Shown piece after piece: positions 39,575 to 53,561 of a stretch of 64,000 nucleotides of DNA. Position 1 is the first letter of the stretch; each line of letters opens with the position of its first letter. The notes beneath the pieces were generated by a model, which did no database searches, was not told where the DNA came from, and saw only the letters and a program-made list of their open reading frames with translations. Source of the DNA: Octopus sinensis. Lineage: Eukaryota. The DNA lies in contig NC_042997.1 of NCBI RefSeq assembly GCF_006345805.1, positions 48,174,001 to 48,238,000 of the forward strand, in the 5' to 3' direction. The position numbers were made by a program, and so were the translations under genes.

Positions 39575-39997
39575 TCTTACTCTATTACTCTTTTACTTGT
39601 TTCAGTCATTTGACTGCGGCCATGCTGGAGCACCGCCTTTAATCGAGCAACTCGACCCCGGGACTGTTCTTTTGTAAGCCCAGTACTTATTCTATCGGTC
39701 CCTTTTTGCCGAACCGCTAAGTAACGGGGACGTAAACACACCAGCATCGGTTGTCAAGCAATGCTAGGGGGACAAACACAGACACACGCACACACACGCA
39801 CACACACATATATATATATATACATACATATATACGACGGGCTTCTTTCAGTTTCCGTCTACCAAATCCGGTCACAAGGCATTGGTTGGCCCGGGGCTAC
39901 AGTAGAAGATACTTGCCCAAGATGCCACGCAGTAGGACTGAACCCGGAACCATGTGGTTGGTAAGCAAGCTACTTACCACACAGCCACTCCTGCGCC
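39575..39997 (-). mobile_element. SINE family A, full length
   Basis: Reverse-oriented copy ending CAGCCACTCCTGCGCC. Confidence 0.9.
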
Positions 39998-40013
39998 TAT
40001 GAGTAAGATTTTC

Positions 40014-40115
<102 letters not shown>

Positions 40116-40574
40116 AAAATAGACAAAGGAAGAATGGATAGAGGAAAGCAATGTGTAAGAATAGATGAGTAAAAATGTAAACAACAAGTCGTGAAACTGA
40201 AGGCTGAACTGATTGAGAGTTAGAAAGTTAGAAACACACGAAGACGGAATCACAGACAGGAAAAATAATAATAGGAGAATAAAGAAAGGAAATCAGGAAC
40301 AGGTGAAGAATAGAGAGAGAGGAGATGTAGATTTAGGGATAGATACAGAATATAAACAAATGAGAAGAAAGAAACAGATGGAAAGAGAGAGAGAGAGAAA
40401 GAGAAGAAATAAGAATGAGATTTGAGGTAATGATATATATTGTTTTAATAAACACAAGGTCGTTAACGAAAATATAAGTGAATTTATAGAAAATATAAGA
40501 ATTCAAAATAATTGTAACGTGCACGAAATAATAATGTTATCGCCAGTTACTATTATTATTATTATTATTATTAT

Positions 40575-41000
40575 TTTATATGTTTCAGTAATTTCACTGC
40601 GGCCATGCTGGAGCATCACGTTTAATCGAACGAATCAACCCCAGGACTTATTCTTTGTAAGCCTAGTATTTATTATATCGGTGCTTTTTCTCGAACTGCT
40701 AAAAACACACGAAGCATAAACACACCAACATCGGTTGTCAAGCGACACAGACACACAACATATACATACATACATACATACATGCATACCATACATACAT
40801 ACATACATACATACATACATACATACATACATACATACATACGTACGTACACACGCGCGCGCGCGCGCACACACACACATATACATATACGACGGGTTTC
40901 TATCATTTTTCCGTCAACCAAATCCACTTACCAGGTTTTGGTCGGCCCGAAGCTTTAGTAGAAGACACTTGCCCAAGGTGCCAGGCAGTGGGACTGAACC
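40575..41000 (-). mobile_element. SINE family A, lacking the 5' end of the head
   Basis: Reverse-oriented, with expanded internal (TACA)n; ends at GGGACTGAACCC next to (ATT)n. Confidence 0.8.
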
Positions 41001-41072
41001 CATTATCATTATTATCATTAATATATTATTATTATTATTTTTATATTATTATATTTTTATTATTTATTATTA

Positions 41073-41103
<31 letters not shown>

Positions 41104-41238
41104 ATTTTTATTATTATTTATTATTATTTTATTATTATTATTATTATTATTATTATCACTATTTCTATTCTTATTATGGTCATCATTATCATATGTTATA
41201 TATTATATATATATATATATAATTATATATATATATAT

Positions 41239-41285
<47 letters not shown>

Positions 41286-41721
41286 TTATTGCATACACAC
41301 ATATACACGCGTGCGCACACTCACACACATTTTCCCATGGTATGTAGTCTCCCAAGTATCGCATATATTTACTTATGTATGTATACAAATAATACACAAC
41401 TATTACATGCACGTAGTTTTTGTATATTATACTCGTATACAGACAGCATGCACATTGCTAAGAAACTCTGGCGACGGAACGTGTGCGAAGTGGGTTAACT
41501 TCTTAAGATTCCTACTGTCATAAGTGCCAGGTACCCTTATAAAACTCGGGAGGGTCTTGGAGTCATTTTGATGATTGTTCTGCTCGATTACTTTGTGATT
41601 TGGGATTAAATAACTTGAACAAACTGACACATGCGTTATATATAAAACCCACCAAGTAAGCATCTAATTCATCTTCACACACACGGAAACAGACACAGAT
41701 ATACATATATACACACACACA

Positions 41722-42443
41722 TAGGTATGTATGTGTGTGTGTATGTATGTATGTATGTATGCATGTATGTATATATGTATGTATGTATGTATGTAGTAGT
41801 ATGCATGTATGTATGCATGTATGTATGTATGTATGTATGTATGTATGTATGTATGTATGTATGCATGTGTATGTATGTAGTATGTATGTATGTATACTGT
41901 ATGTATGTATGATGTATGTATGTATGTATGTATGTATGCATGTATGTATGTATGTATGTATGTATACCTGTATGTATGTATGTATGTAGTATGTATGCAT
42001 GTATGTATGATGTATGTATGTATGTATACTGTATGTATGTATGTATGTATGATGTCTGTATGTATGTATGTATGTTATGTATGTATGTAGGTATGTATAT
42101 ATATAGGTATGTATGTAGATGTATGTATGTATGTATGTATGTATACCTGTATGTATGATGTATGTATGTATGTATGCATGTATGTATGTATGTATGTATG
42201 TATGTATGGTATGTATGTATGTATGTATGTATGTATGTATGTATGTATATACCTTGTAGTATGTATGTATGTATGTATGTATGTATGTATGTATATATGT
42301 AGGTATGTATGCATGTATGTATGCATGTATGTATACCTGTATGTAGTATGTATTATGTATGTATGTATGTATGTATGTATGTAGTATGTATTGTATATAT
42401 ATAGGATATATGCATGTAGTATGTATGTATTTATGTATACCTG

Positions 42444-42475
<32 letters not shown>

Positions 42476-43148
42476 TGTATGCATGTATGTATGTATGTAT
42501 GTATGTATGTATGTATGTATGCATGTATGTATGTATGTATATATATAGGTATGTATGCATGTATGTATGTATGTATGTATGTATACCTGTATGTATGTAT
42601 GTATGTATGTATGTATGTATGTATGTATGTATGCATGTATGTATGTATGTATGTATGTATGTATGTATGCATGTATGTATGTATGTATGTATGTATGTAT
42701 ACCTGTATGTATGTATGTATGCATGTATGCATGTATGTATGTATGTATGTATGTATGTATGTATGTATGTATACCTGTATGTATGTATGTATGTATGTAT
42801 GTATGTATATATATAGGTATGTATGCATGTATGTATGTATGTATATATATAGGTATGTATGCATGTATGTATGTATGTATGTATGTATGTATACCTGTAT
42901 GTATGTATGTATGCATGTATGCATGTATGTATGTATGTATGTATGTATGTATATCTGTATGTATGTATGTATGTATGTATGTATGTATATATATAGGTAT
43001 GTATGCATGTATGTATGTATGTATATATATAGGTATGTATGCATGTATGTATGTATGTATATATATAGGTATGTATGCATGTATGTATGTATGTATGTAT
43101 GTATGTATGTATGTATGTATGTATGTATGTATGTATGTATGTATGTGT
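41722..43148. repeat. About 1.4-kb compound (TATG)n array with recurring variant blocks
   Basis: Direct inspection. It explains the 200-530 aa YIHT/MYVC pseudo-ORFs. Confidence 0.97.
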
Positions 43149-43493
43149 GTATAAACATTTACAGAAGCACATGTTTGCACTCGGTCGTTAGTTCTTTGGT
43201 GATTGTATTCCAAGTGACCTTACCTTGTTCCGTAGGACAGATAACCCACGATTTATTCATAAATGTGTGTGTGTGTGAGTGTGTGTTTGTGAGTGTGTAT
43301 GTGTGTCTGAGAGTACCCGAATGTGTCTACGTGTGCAACTGTTTGTAGATGCATACGTGTATGTCAAAGATATATATATATATATATACTTAATTTAGGG
43401 TCTGTGCATTTTTGCTTATACGTGTGTGTGCTTCTATGAAGCTCTGTTTATTTGTAAACAACCTGTGATGGACGAAGTACACACACACATGCA

Positions 43494-43535
<42 letters not shown>

Positions 43536-43544
43536 GTGTACACG

Positions 43545-43692
43545 CAGGCGTGCCGGTGTAGCTTGCTTCCGAACAACATGGTTCCTGGTTCAGTCCCACG
43601 GCGTGGCACCTTAACCAAGGGTCTTCTATAGCCACGGGCTGACCAAAGCCTTTTGAGTGGATTTGGTAGACAGAAACTGAAAGGAGCCCGTC

Positions 43693-43729
<37 letters not shown>

Positions 43730-43920
43730 GTGGTGTGTTTGTGTGTGTCTTTGTGCCTGTGTTCGTCCCAATCATCTAGCGGTTCGGCAAAAGTTACCGA
43801 TAGAATAATTAGTAGGCTTAAGATATAAATCGACGGGTCGATTTGTTCGACTTAAAGCTCTCCAGCCAGAGCGGTGCTCCTGCATGGCCGTAGTCAACTG
43901 ACTGAAACAAATAAACGAAT
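43545..43920 (+). mobile_element. SINE family A, diverged
   Basis: GGTTCAGTCCCACGGCGTGGCACC ... CATGGCCGTAGTCAACTGACTGAAAC. Confidence 0.8.
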
Positions 43921-43995
43921 ATCTTATGATAATAAAGAATAAAAGTATATATATACATACATACATGCATACATACATACATACATACATATATA

Positions 43996-44144
<149 letters not shown>

Positions 44145-44761
44145 TAAGTAATTAAGGGTTTAGCAACGAATTGCTCACCAACACACCGATTTAGAAATAG
44201 CAGTCAAAGAGATATAGCTATTCCTTCTACTAAAAGGGGGATCTCAGTAAAAACACAGCACGTGAAAGGCATATATATATATATATACATATACACAACA
44301 GTCTTTCTTATTGGTATTTGAACCAAGATTCTCTTGCTTCTACTTTCGCGAATGATTCTAGTTCTGCTGTTATTTCTGTTGCTCTATACACCCAGGAAAG
44401 TTCGGATTGAAACGATAAATCTACGACCACGGAGAACACTGAGTAACCACGCTGCTCTTCTTGGAGAAACAAGAGAGAGAGTGAGAGAGAGAGTGAGAGG
44501 GGGGATTCATAGGATACATGCTCTTCCTAATTGAGATTTGGCTGTTATGTCTAGCAGCACGAACGATAGCGTAGCGGTCTCCCTCACTGGCTCGTATTTC
44601 GAATGGTGTTTACAAATATAAACAACGGTAACTAATAAAAGATGCATTCACATACACATACATTTGTACATACAAGCATACATACACATACACATATACA
44701 CAGGAATTCACACACACATACATATATACATACATAAGCGCACGCACACACACATACATAC

Positions 44762-44813
<52 letters not shown>

Positions 44814-44814
44814 C

Positions 44815-45359
<545 letters not shown>

Positions 45360-46251
45360 CCTAATTTATACATATATAGTGCCTATGTACAGATACACAT
45401 ACATATTTACATATGTACATAAATGCATATATACCTTCTCCTATGCATACACGCACGCACGCGCACACACACTCATGCATACACATGCACGTGTGTGTGT
45501 AAATGAGTGAGAGTAAGAGTGACAGATGCGTGCAAATGTGAAGAAATTGATGTTTTGTTGTTTGTTGTATAAATATACGAAAAATAAACAACACCAACTG
45601 AACACACACTTTTATATTACTAAACTGTGTATAGAAATACAGGCGAGTGTATATATATATATATATATATATTAGTACCTTAAAACTACATACCAAACCA
45701 AAACGAACTTCGTGGACATCGAACTGGTATTTTCTAGTTGACGCCTCGTGAAGTATTGCAACACAGAGCATCGTATAGTTAATTACACTAATGATAATCG
45801 CCGATTAAAAATATGAAGAATATATCACTAGAGGTATATTGTACTTATAAAATATCATGTGTACCCAAGGATTTTGCATAGGTATGATCATCAGGAAAGA
45901 TTTGAACTCGTAACAGCGAGAGCTGAATAGTGGACGGTAGTAACACTGCCATTTCGTATCCACACACATACTTTGACGATTCGGCCAAACATGCGTGTAT
46001 TAAAGAATAATATATAACAACATAAAGTTGTTCACATTTGTAAGTATTTAGATACGCGCGTATGTACGCTTGCATGCAAGCATGCATGTATGTATGTATT
46101 ATGTATGTATGAATATATAATATATATATATTATATATATATATATATATATGTGTGTGTATATATATATATAGATGTCATGTATGTATGGAGGTATGTG
46201 TGGATGGGTGTACCCATGTATACATGTGCGTATATGAAATATATGTTTCAA

Positions 46252-46299
<48 letters not shown>

Positions 46300-46448
46300 T
46301 TACTTTTCCTCCAAGAAGAAGGGAAAGAATAACGGAAAAATCGCATTTCTCTAATATTCTCCTCTACAAGAAAATATTCTTCACACAATAATATAACAAT
46401 GCTGTACACAGATAACAATACATACATACATATATATATATATATATT

Positions 46449-46490
<42 letters not shown>

Positions 46491-46632
46491 ATACATATAT
46501 ATACGTGTGTTTGTGGATGGATGGATGGATGGATGGATGGATGGAAGGATGGATGGATAGATGGATGGAAGGATATGTCTGTGTGTTATGAATGAAGTGA
46601 TGATGAAAAAGTGTTGCTGTGAATTAACTTAC

Positions 46633-47041
46633 CAGAAATTGTTGGTCCGATAGACCCTAGTAGCAACAGTACTCCTATGAGTGTTAGAGCCATCCACGTA
46701 GAAATTTGGCCGGTAAACTGCACACTCCTTGTGTGTTGTTTGCAAACGGTAAATATAGCATATCGGTTCCGACGCCGGACCGATTTTTCTCTTTCCCTGA
46801 TGCTTTGTGGTAAATCTTCTTCACCAAACCCTATATAGTTTCGTTCAAAACTGGCACTGTTGTTAATAATAATATTTTTATTATTAGTATTATTAGTTGT
46901 GGAAGTATTACAAGAATTTTTGTTGTTGCAGTTTCGCTGTTTCATATCACCGTTTTCGATAGTTGTTTTATGTTTGTTATTATTATTATTATTGTTGTTG
47001 TTACGGTGTTGGTCGAGTCGTAGTCGAACCTGCGCTGCCAT
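46633..47041 (-). CDS. First coding exon of an unidentified secreted or membrane protein (136 codons + 1 nt, phase-1 intron follows)
   Basis: ATG at 47041 in strong context (caattATGG). Open frame MAAQVRLRLDQHRN9KHK...WMALTLIGVLLLLGSIGPTIS(G) with a hydrophobic stretch at aa 116-131. Canonical donor G|GTAAGT at 46632-46627. A phase-1 intron after a signal peptide is typical of modular extracellular proteins. Family not recognised. Confidence 0.8.
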
Positions 47042-47065
47042 AATTGTGTATGTGTTTCAAAATAT

Positions 47066-47460
47066 TTAATTTAATTTAATTTAATTTAATTTAATTTATG
47101 TATATTTTTTTAATATATATTTATTGTCGTCGTTGTTTTGTTTTGTTCTATTCTTTCGTCGCTTTTGTGTCTCTTTTAATCTTTTTTCTCCCCTGCCGAC
47201 TACTAAAGATCAACTCCCAGCCAGCAAACCAACCAACCGAACCTAAACTAAACCAAACCGAACCGAACACGCCAGCCAGGAAGGCAGCCAGCCAGAAAGC
47301 CAGCCAGGCAGCATGCCAGCCGACCAGCCAACCAGCCAACCAGCCAAACCAACCGACTAAACTATAACTAAACCTGCAAGCCTGCCTGCCAGCCAGCCAG
47401 CCAGCCAGTCAGTCAGTCAGTCAACGGTGCCAACCATCCAACCTGCCTGCCTGCTTAGTC
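47066..47460. repeat. (TTAAT)n, then a mosaic of (GCCA)/(ACCA)/(GTCA)/(GCCT) repeats, upstream of the start codon
   Basis: Direct inspection; lies in the probable 5' leader of the minus-strand gene. Confidence 0.85.
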
Positions 47461-47862
47461 GACTGCCGTAAAAATTTCTGTTCAGAGGAGGAAGCAGCTG
47501 AACTACCTACCAACCCTTCCAAAAGTCTTTTGGCTTCGACTTTCATCCTTCTTTTTTTACATTTACACTTCGTAAAAAACAGAAAGAGAAAGAGAGAAAG
47601 CCAAACAAAGAAAACGATGGGAAATAAAAGAGATGCAGAGACGAGGATAGAAAGAAAGAAAGAAAAAGAAATGTTTTTAGATTTAACTTTCAATTATTGT
47701 ACTTTGAAGTAATCTTAGCACCAACACACTAACGCCAGCAGTAACGAACCGGTGCGGGAGCCTATCTGTGGTCGCTCCGTACGCTAGAAATAGCAGCCAC
47801 ACGTTCCGCAAAATTTTTTAGTTTGAATAAAAAAGAAAAAAAGAAAGAAAAGAAAATAAATA

Positions 47863-48019
47863 AGTGGCTGTGTGGTAAGTAGCTTGCTAAACAACCACAT
47901 GGTTCTGGGTTCAGTCCCACTGCGTGGCATCTTGGGCAAGTATCTTCTGCTATAGCCCCGGGCCGACCAATGCCTTGTGAGTGGATTTGGTAGACGGAAA
48001 CTGAAAGAAGCCTGTCGTA

Positions 48020-48078
<59 letters not shown>

Positions 48079-48292
48079 TTGTGTGTCTGTGTTTGTCCCC
48101 CTAGCATTGCTTGACAACCGATGCTGGTGTGTTTACGTCCCCGTCACTTAGCGGTTCGGCAAAAGACACTGATAGAATAAGTACTGGGCTTACAGAGAAT
48201 AAGTCCCGGGGTCGATTTGCTCGACTAAAGGCGGTGCTCCAGCATGGCCGCAGTCAAATGACCGAAACAAGTAAAAGAGTAAAGAGAATAAT
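47863..48292 (+). mobile_element. SINE family A (repeated at about 48930-49360 across the gap)
   Basis: Full head, body and tail; a second near-identical copy lies after the N-gap. Confidence 0.88.
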
Positions 48293-48616
48293 TAAAGGAA
48301 AAAAGTGGGAGGGTCGAGTCTGAGAGGGACCCTTTATTTTATATTTTCATAAGTTTGAAGAATCATGATTAACCACGTGGCTAAACAACAACAACAACGT
48401 CGACGACAACAATAAAGACTCAGAATTAAGAATAACATATAAGTTACTAATACATACTAGTTACTAATACATACTAGCTAATTATATGCTGGCGTGGCTG
48501 TGAATTAAGAAGCTTGCTTTCCGACTACGTGGTTTCTGGTTCAGCACCGCTGTGTGGTAGTATACTTTTACTTGTTTCAGTCATTTGACTGTGGCTATGC
48601 TGGAGCACCGCCTTTA

Positions 48617-48716
48617 NNNNNNNNNNNNNNNNNNNNNNNNNNNNNNNNNNNNNNNNNNNNNNNNNNNNNNNNNNNNNNNNNNNNNNNNNNNNNNNNNNNN
48701 NNNNNNNNNNNNNNNN
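48617..48716. other. 100-N assembly gap with duplicated flanks
   Basis: 47644-48616 reappears at 48717-49683. Confidence 0.97.
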
Positions 48717-49629
48717 AGGATAGAAAGAAAGAAAGAAAAAGAAATGTTTTTAGATTTAACTTTCAATTATTGTACTTTGAAGTAATCTTAGCACCAACAC
48801 ACTAACGCCAGCAGTAACGAACCGGTGCGGAGCCTATCTGTGGTCGCTCCGTACGCTAAAATAGCAGCCACAACGTTTCCGCAAAATTTTTAGTTTGAAT
48901 AAAAAAAAAAAAGAAAGAAAAGAAATAATAAGTGGCTGTGTGGTAAGTAGCTTGCTAAACAACCACATGGTTCTGGGTTCAGTCCCACTGCGTGGCATCT
49001 TCTTGGGCAAGTATCTTCTGCTATAGCCCCGGGCCGACCAATGCTTGTGAGTGTGATTTGGTAGACGGAAACTGAAAGAAGCCTGTCGTATATATGTATA
49101 TTATATATATATATAATATATATATATATATATAATGTATGTGTGTGTGTTTGTGTGTCTGTGTTTGTCCCCCTAGCATTGCTTGACAACCGATGCTGGT
49201 GTGTTTTACGCCGTCCGTCACTTAGCGGTTCGGCAAAATACACTGATAGAATAAGTACTGGGCTTACAGAGAATAAGTCCCGGGGTCGATTTGCTCGACT
49301 AAAGGCGGTGCTCCACATGGCCGCAGTCAAATGACCGAAACAAGTAAAAGAGTAAAGAGAATAATTAAAGAAAAAGTGGAGGGTCGAGTCTGAGAAGGAC
49401 CCTTTATTTTATATTTTCATAAGTTTGAAGAATCATGATTAACCACGTGGCTAAACAACAACAACGTCGACGACAACAATAAAGACTCAGAATTAAGAAT
49501 AACATATAAGTTACTAATACATACTAGTTACTAATACATACTAGCTAATTATATGCTGGCGTGGCTGTGAATTAAGAAGCTTGCTTTCCGACTACGTGGT
49601 TTCTGGTTCAGCACCGCTGTGTGGTAGTA

Positions 49630-50030
49630 TACTTTTACTTGTTTCAGTCATTTGACTGTGGCTATGCTGGAGCACCGCCTTTAGACGAGCAAATCGACTC
49701 CCGGACTTATTCCTTGTAAGCCTTGAACTTATTCTATCCGTCTCTTTTGCCGAATCGCTGGCTCACGGAGACTTAAACACACCAGCATCGGTTGCCAAGC
49801 GATGTTGGGGGGAGGACAAACACAACACACAAACATACACACATACACATATATATATACATATATACGACGGGCTTCTTTCAGTTTCCGTCTACCAAAT
49901 CCACTCACAATGCTTTGGTCGGTCTGAGGCTATAGTAGAAGACACTTTGCCCAAGGTGCCACGCAGTGGGTTTGAACCCGGAACCATGTGGTTAATAAGC
50001 AAGCTACTTACCACACAGCCACTCCTACGC
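49630..50030 (-). mobile_element. SINE family A
   Basis: Reverse-oriented copy ending CACAGCCACTCCTACGCC. Confidence 0.85.
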
Positions 50031-50088
50031 CAAGTTCCCCCCCCCACCAATAGCAACGGGCCAATCAAAACTTTGTGCGTAGATTTGG

Positions 50089-50136
<48 letters not shown>

Positions 50137-50379
50137 ACATATATATATGTGTATGCATTTGTCCTCCACTAACGCATGACAACTGATGTTCGTTTATTTA
50201 CGTTCCCCTGAAATTGAGGTTCGGCAAAAGGGAACGATAGAATAAGTACCGGGTTTTTAAAAAATGACTAAGCGCTGGGGGCGGTTTGCTCGATAAAGCC
50301 CTTCAAGCCGGCACCCCAGCTTTGCCGGAGTGTAATGACTGGAACAAGTTAAAGAATAAAGGAAACACAAAGCCAGCAA

Positions 50380-50877
50380 TTTTAGGGGTGGGGGTCAGTT
50401 AGGATAGTCGGTTACAATGGAGGGATAGTTCATTTTATCGACCACTATTAGGCTGTAAGGTAAAGTGAGCTTAGGCAGGATTTGAACTCAGAACGTAAAA
50501 TATAAACACTGATTCTAGTACTCAACATGTAAATATTTTATCGATTCCGAAAAGATGAAAGTCGAAATCGACATCAGTAGAATTTGAACTCAGAACGTAC
50601 TGACTGACGAAATGTTGCTAAGCATTTTGCCCAGAGGGCAGCGACTCTCCAGCTCCTCGCTTCCTTCGTAAAGATATAAAATAATAATAATAATAATAAG
50701 AATAATAATGTGATAATATAAAAATAATAATAATAAATAATAATAATAATAATAATAATTAATAATGATGATAAATAATAATAATAATAATATAATAATA
50801 TAATAACAATAAAACAATAATATGATAATATAATGATAATGAATAATAATAATAATAATAATACTAATAATAAAAAA

Positions 50878-50908
<31 letters not shown>

Positions 50909-50921
50909 TGTAATGATAATG

Positions 50922-50973
<52 letters not shown>

Positions 50974-51019
50974 TGATGATGATAACTAATAATAATAATA
51001 TAATAATAATAACAATAAC

Positions 51020-51050
<31 letters not shown>

Positions 51051-51087
51051 TAAAATAATAATAATAATATAATAATAATAAAAAATA

Positions 51088-51118
<31 letters not shown>

Positions 51119-51253
51119 TGTAATGAGAATATAACTAATAATAATATATAATAATGATATAATAATGATAATAATAATGATAATAATAATAATAATAATA
51201 ATGAAATAATAATAATATTATAATGATAATGATATGATAATTATAATGATAAT

Positions 51254-51285
<32 letters not shown>

Positions 51286-51286
51286 A

Positions 51287-51317
<31 letters not shown>

Positions 51318-51459
51318 TGATAATGATATGAATAATGATAATAATAATATAATAATAATAATAATAATGATAATGATTGATAATAATAATAATAATAATG
51401 ATAATGATATGCATAATGATAATGATAATAATAATAATACTAACAGCAAAAACAACAAC

Positions 51460-51548
<89 letters not shown>

Positions 51549-52060
51549 TAATAATTCTTTCAAATTTTGGCACAAGACCAGCAGTGTTTTGAGGGAAAGG
51601 GGGGGGACTAAAATGCATCGACCCCGCAGGTGAAAGCAAGGTCGGCCTCGACGGAATTTGAACTCATAACTTAATTAGCAGGAAGAAATACAGTAAAGTC
51701 CCACTTGCTAAAGATTCCAGTTCCCCTCCTTCGTAAAAATATGAATAATTCTTTCTGCTATAGGCACAGGGCCTGAAATTTAGGGTCGGAGTAGGGGCTA
51801 GTCGATTATATCAACCCCCAGCGTTCGACTGATACTTATTTTACAGACCCCCCCGGAAAGGATGAAAGTAAAGATGACCTTGCTGAATTTTCATAATTAA
51901 TATTCTTTTCTGCTCTAGGCACAAGGCCCGAAAGTTTTGGGGAGGAGCCCACTCGATTAGACCGACCCCTATACGCAGCTGTTACTTAATTTATCGACTC
52001 AGAAAGGATGAAAGGCAAAGTTGACCTGGGTGGAATTTGAACTCAGAACGTATTTTTCAT
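50380..52060 (-). mobile_element. Cluster of reverse-oriented SINE family B copies, interrupted by an (AAT)n array
   Basis: Repeated GAATTTGAACTCAGAACG and ATGAAAG.CAAAGT.GACC motifs near 50480, 50580, 51655, 51860 and 52035. Confidence 0.8.
50675..51556. repeat. About 880-bp degenerate (AAT)n/(GATAAT)n array
   Basis: Direct inspection. Confidence 0.97.
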
Positions 52061-52331
52061 CATTAATATTATTCCAAGGCAGCGAGCAGGCAAAATGCTT
52101 AGTGGCATTTGGTCTGTCTTTATGTTCTGAATGGCTGGGACGTCAGACAACATGATTCTCGGTATTCTTAATGTTCCGAGTTCAAATTCTGTTGAGGTCA
52201 ACTTTGCCTTTCCTCTTTTTGTGTGTCGTTAAAATCAGTACCAGTTGGACACTGGGGTAGGTGTAATCTATTTATCCCACTTCCTACGAGCTTGCTGACC
52301 TTATGCCAAAAATTGAAATCAATAACATTAC

Positions 52332-52935
52332 GGCAGCGAGTTGGCAGAAACGTTAGCACGCCGGGCGAAATGCTTATCAGTATTTCGTCTGCCGCTACGT
52401 TCTGAGTTCAAATTCCGCCGTGGTCCACGTTGCCTTTCATCCTTTCGGGGTCGATTAAATAAGTACCAGTTACGCACTGGAGTCGATATAATCGACTTAA
52501 TCCGTTTGCCTGTCCTTGTCTGTCCCCTCTGTGCTTAGCCCCTTGTGGGTAGTAAAGAAATAGAAATAGGCATTTCGTCTGCCGCTACGTTCTGAGTTCA
52601 AATTCCGCCGAGGTCCACTTTGCCTTTCATCCTTTCGGGGTCGATTAAATAAGTACCAGTTACGCACTGGAGTCGATATAATCGACTTAATCCGTTTGCC
52701 TGTCCTTGTCTGTCCCCTCTGTGCTTAGCCCCTTGTGGGTAGTAAAGAAATAGAAATAGGCATTTCGTCTGCCGCTACGTTCTGAGTTCAAATTCTGTTG
52801 AGATCAACTTTGCCTTTCATCCTTTCGGGGTCGATAAATTAAGTACCAGTTGGACACTGGAGTAGCTGTAATCTATTTACCCCACTTCCTACTAGCTTGC
52901 TGACCTTGTACCAAAATTTGAAATCGATATTATTA
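52332..52935 (+). mobile_element. tRNA-derived SINE family B, head plus tandem 190-bp units
   Basis: A-box TGGCAGAAACGTT and B-box GAGTTCAAATTCC. Unit starts ATTTCGTCTG at 52382, 52572 and 52762. Confidence 0.9.
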
Positions 52936-53499
52936 AGGCGGCGAGCTGGCAGAATCGTTAGCACACTGCACAGATTGCTTAGTGGCATTTCGTTCGTCTT
53001 AACTTTTGAGTAATGCATATATATACATACTCAAAGCAAAATATCTCAGTGAACATATCACATCTCTATCAATTCACCTGCGACAAAAACAAACCAATAA
53101 GATAAAAAAAACAACAACAACAAAGAACTCTTCGTATTGTGGTAATCATTTATTCTATTACATGCAAAGAGGAAAACAAAGAAACCTATGCATATATAAT
53201 AGAAAATAGATGTTTTCATACGAAAGTCTGTAATGAATTATGCCCACACACAAACACACACTTGCTTATACACAGACGCAAACAGAAAAACATACACACG
53301 TATAAAGTTAACTATAAGCACGTGTATAAATGTAGTCATAAATGTGAGTGCGTATATAATATATTGTTATTGCTTCGTTTTATTCTTTTACAAACTCACA
53401 AAAACATAAAATGAGGATTCAATACAAGTAAAAACAAAATACGCAAAATTGAGAAAATTCATCTCAATAAGTGAGAGATGTAAAATGTTTAAGAGGGTA

Positions 53500-53561
<62 letters not shown>

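Noticed and set aside
41427-41663. 78-aa minus-strand ORF as a candidate exon 2
   Set aside because: No convincing polypyrimidine acceptor and donor pair, and no recognisable domain.
41563-43348. Long ORFs of 200-531 aa (YIHT/MYVC repeats)
   Set aside because: They are translations of the (TATG)n array, which lacks stops in several frames. The same applies to the many IYIY, HTHT, CVCV, LSIY, poly-I and poly-N ORFs in the track.
52382-52935. Regularly spaced repeats as a CRISPR-like array
   Set aside because: These are whole 190-bp SINE units with no unique spacers, in a eukaryotic context with no cas genes.
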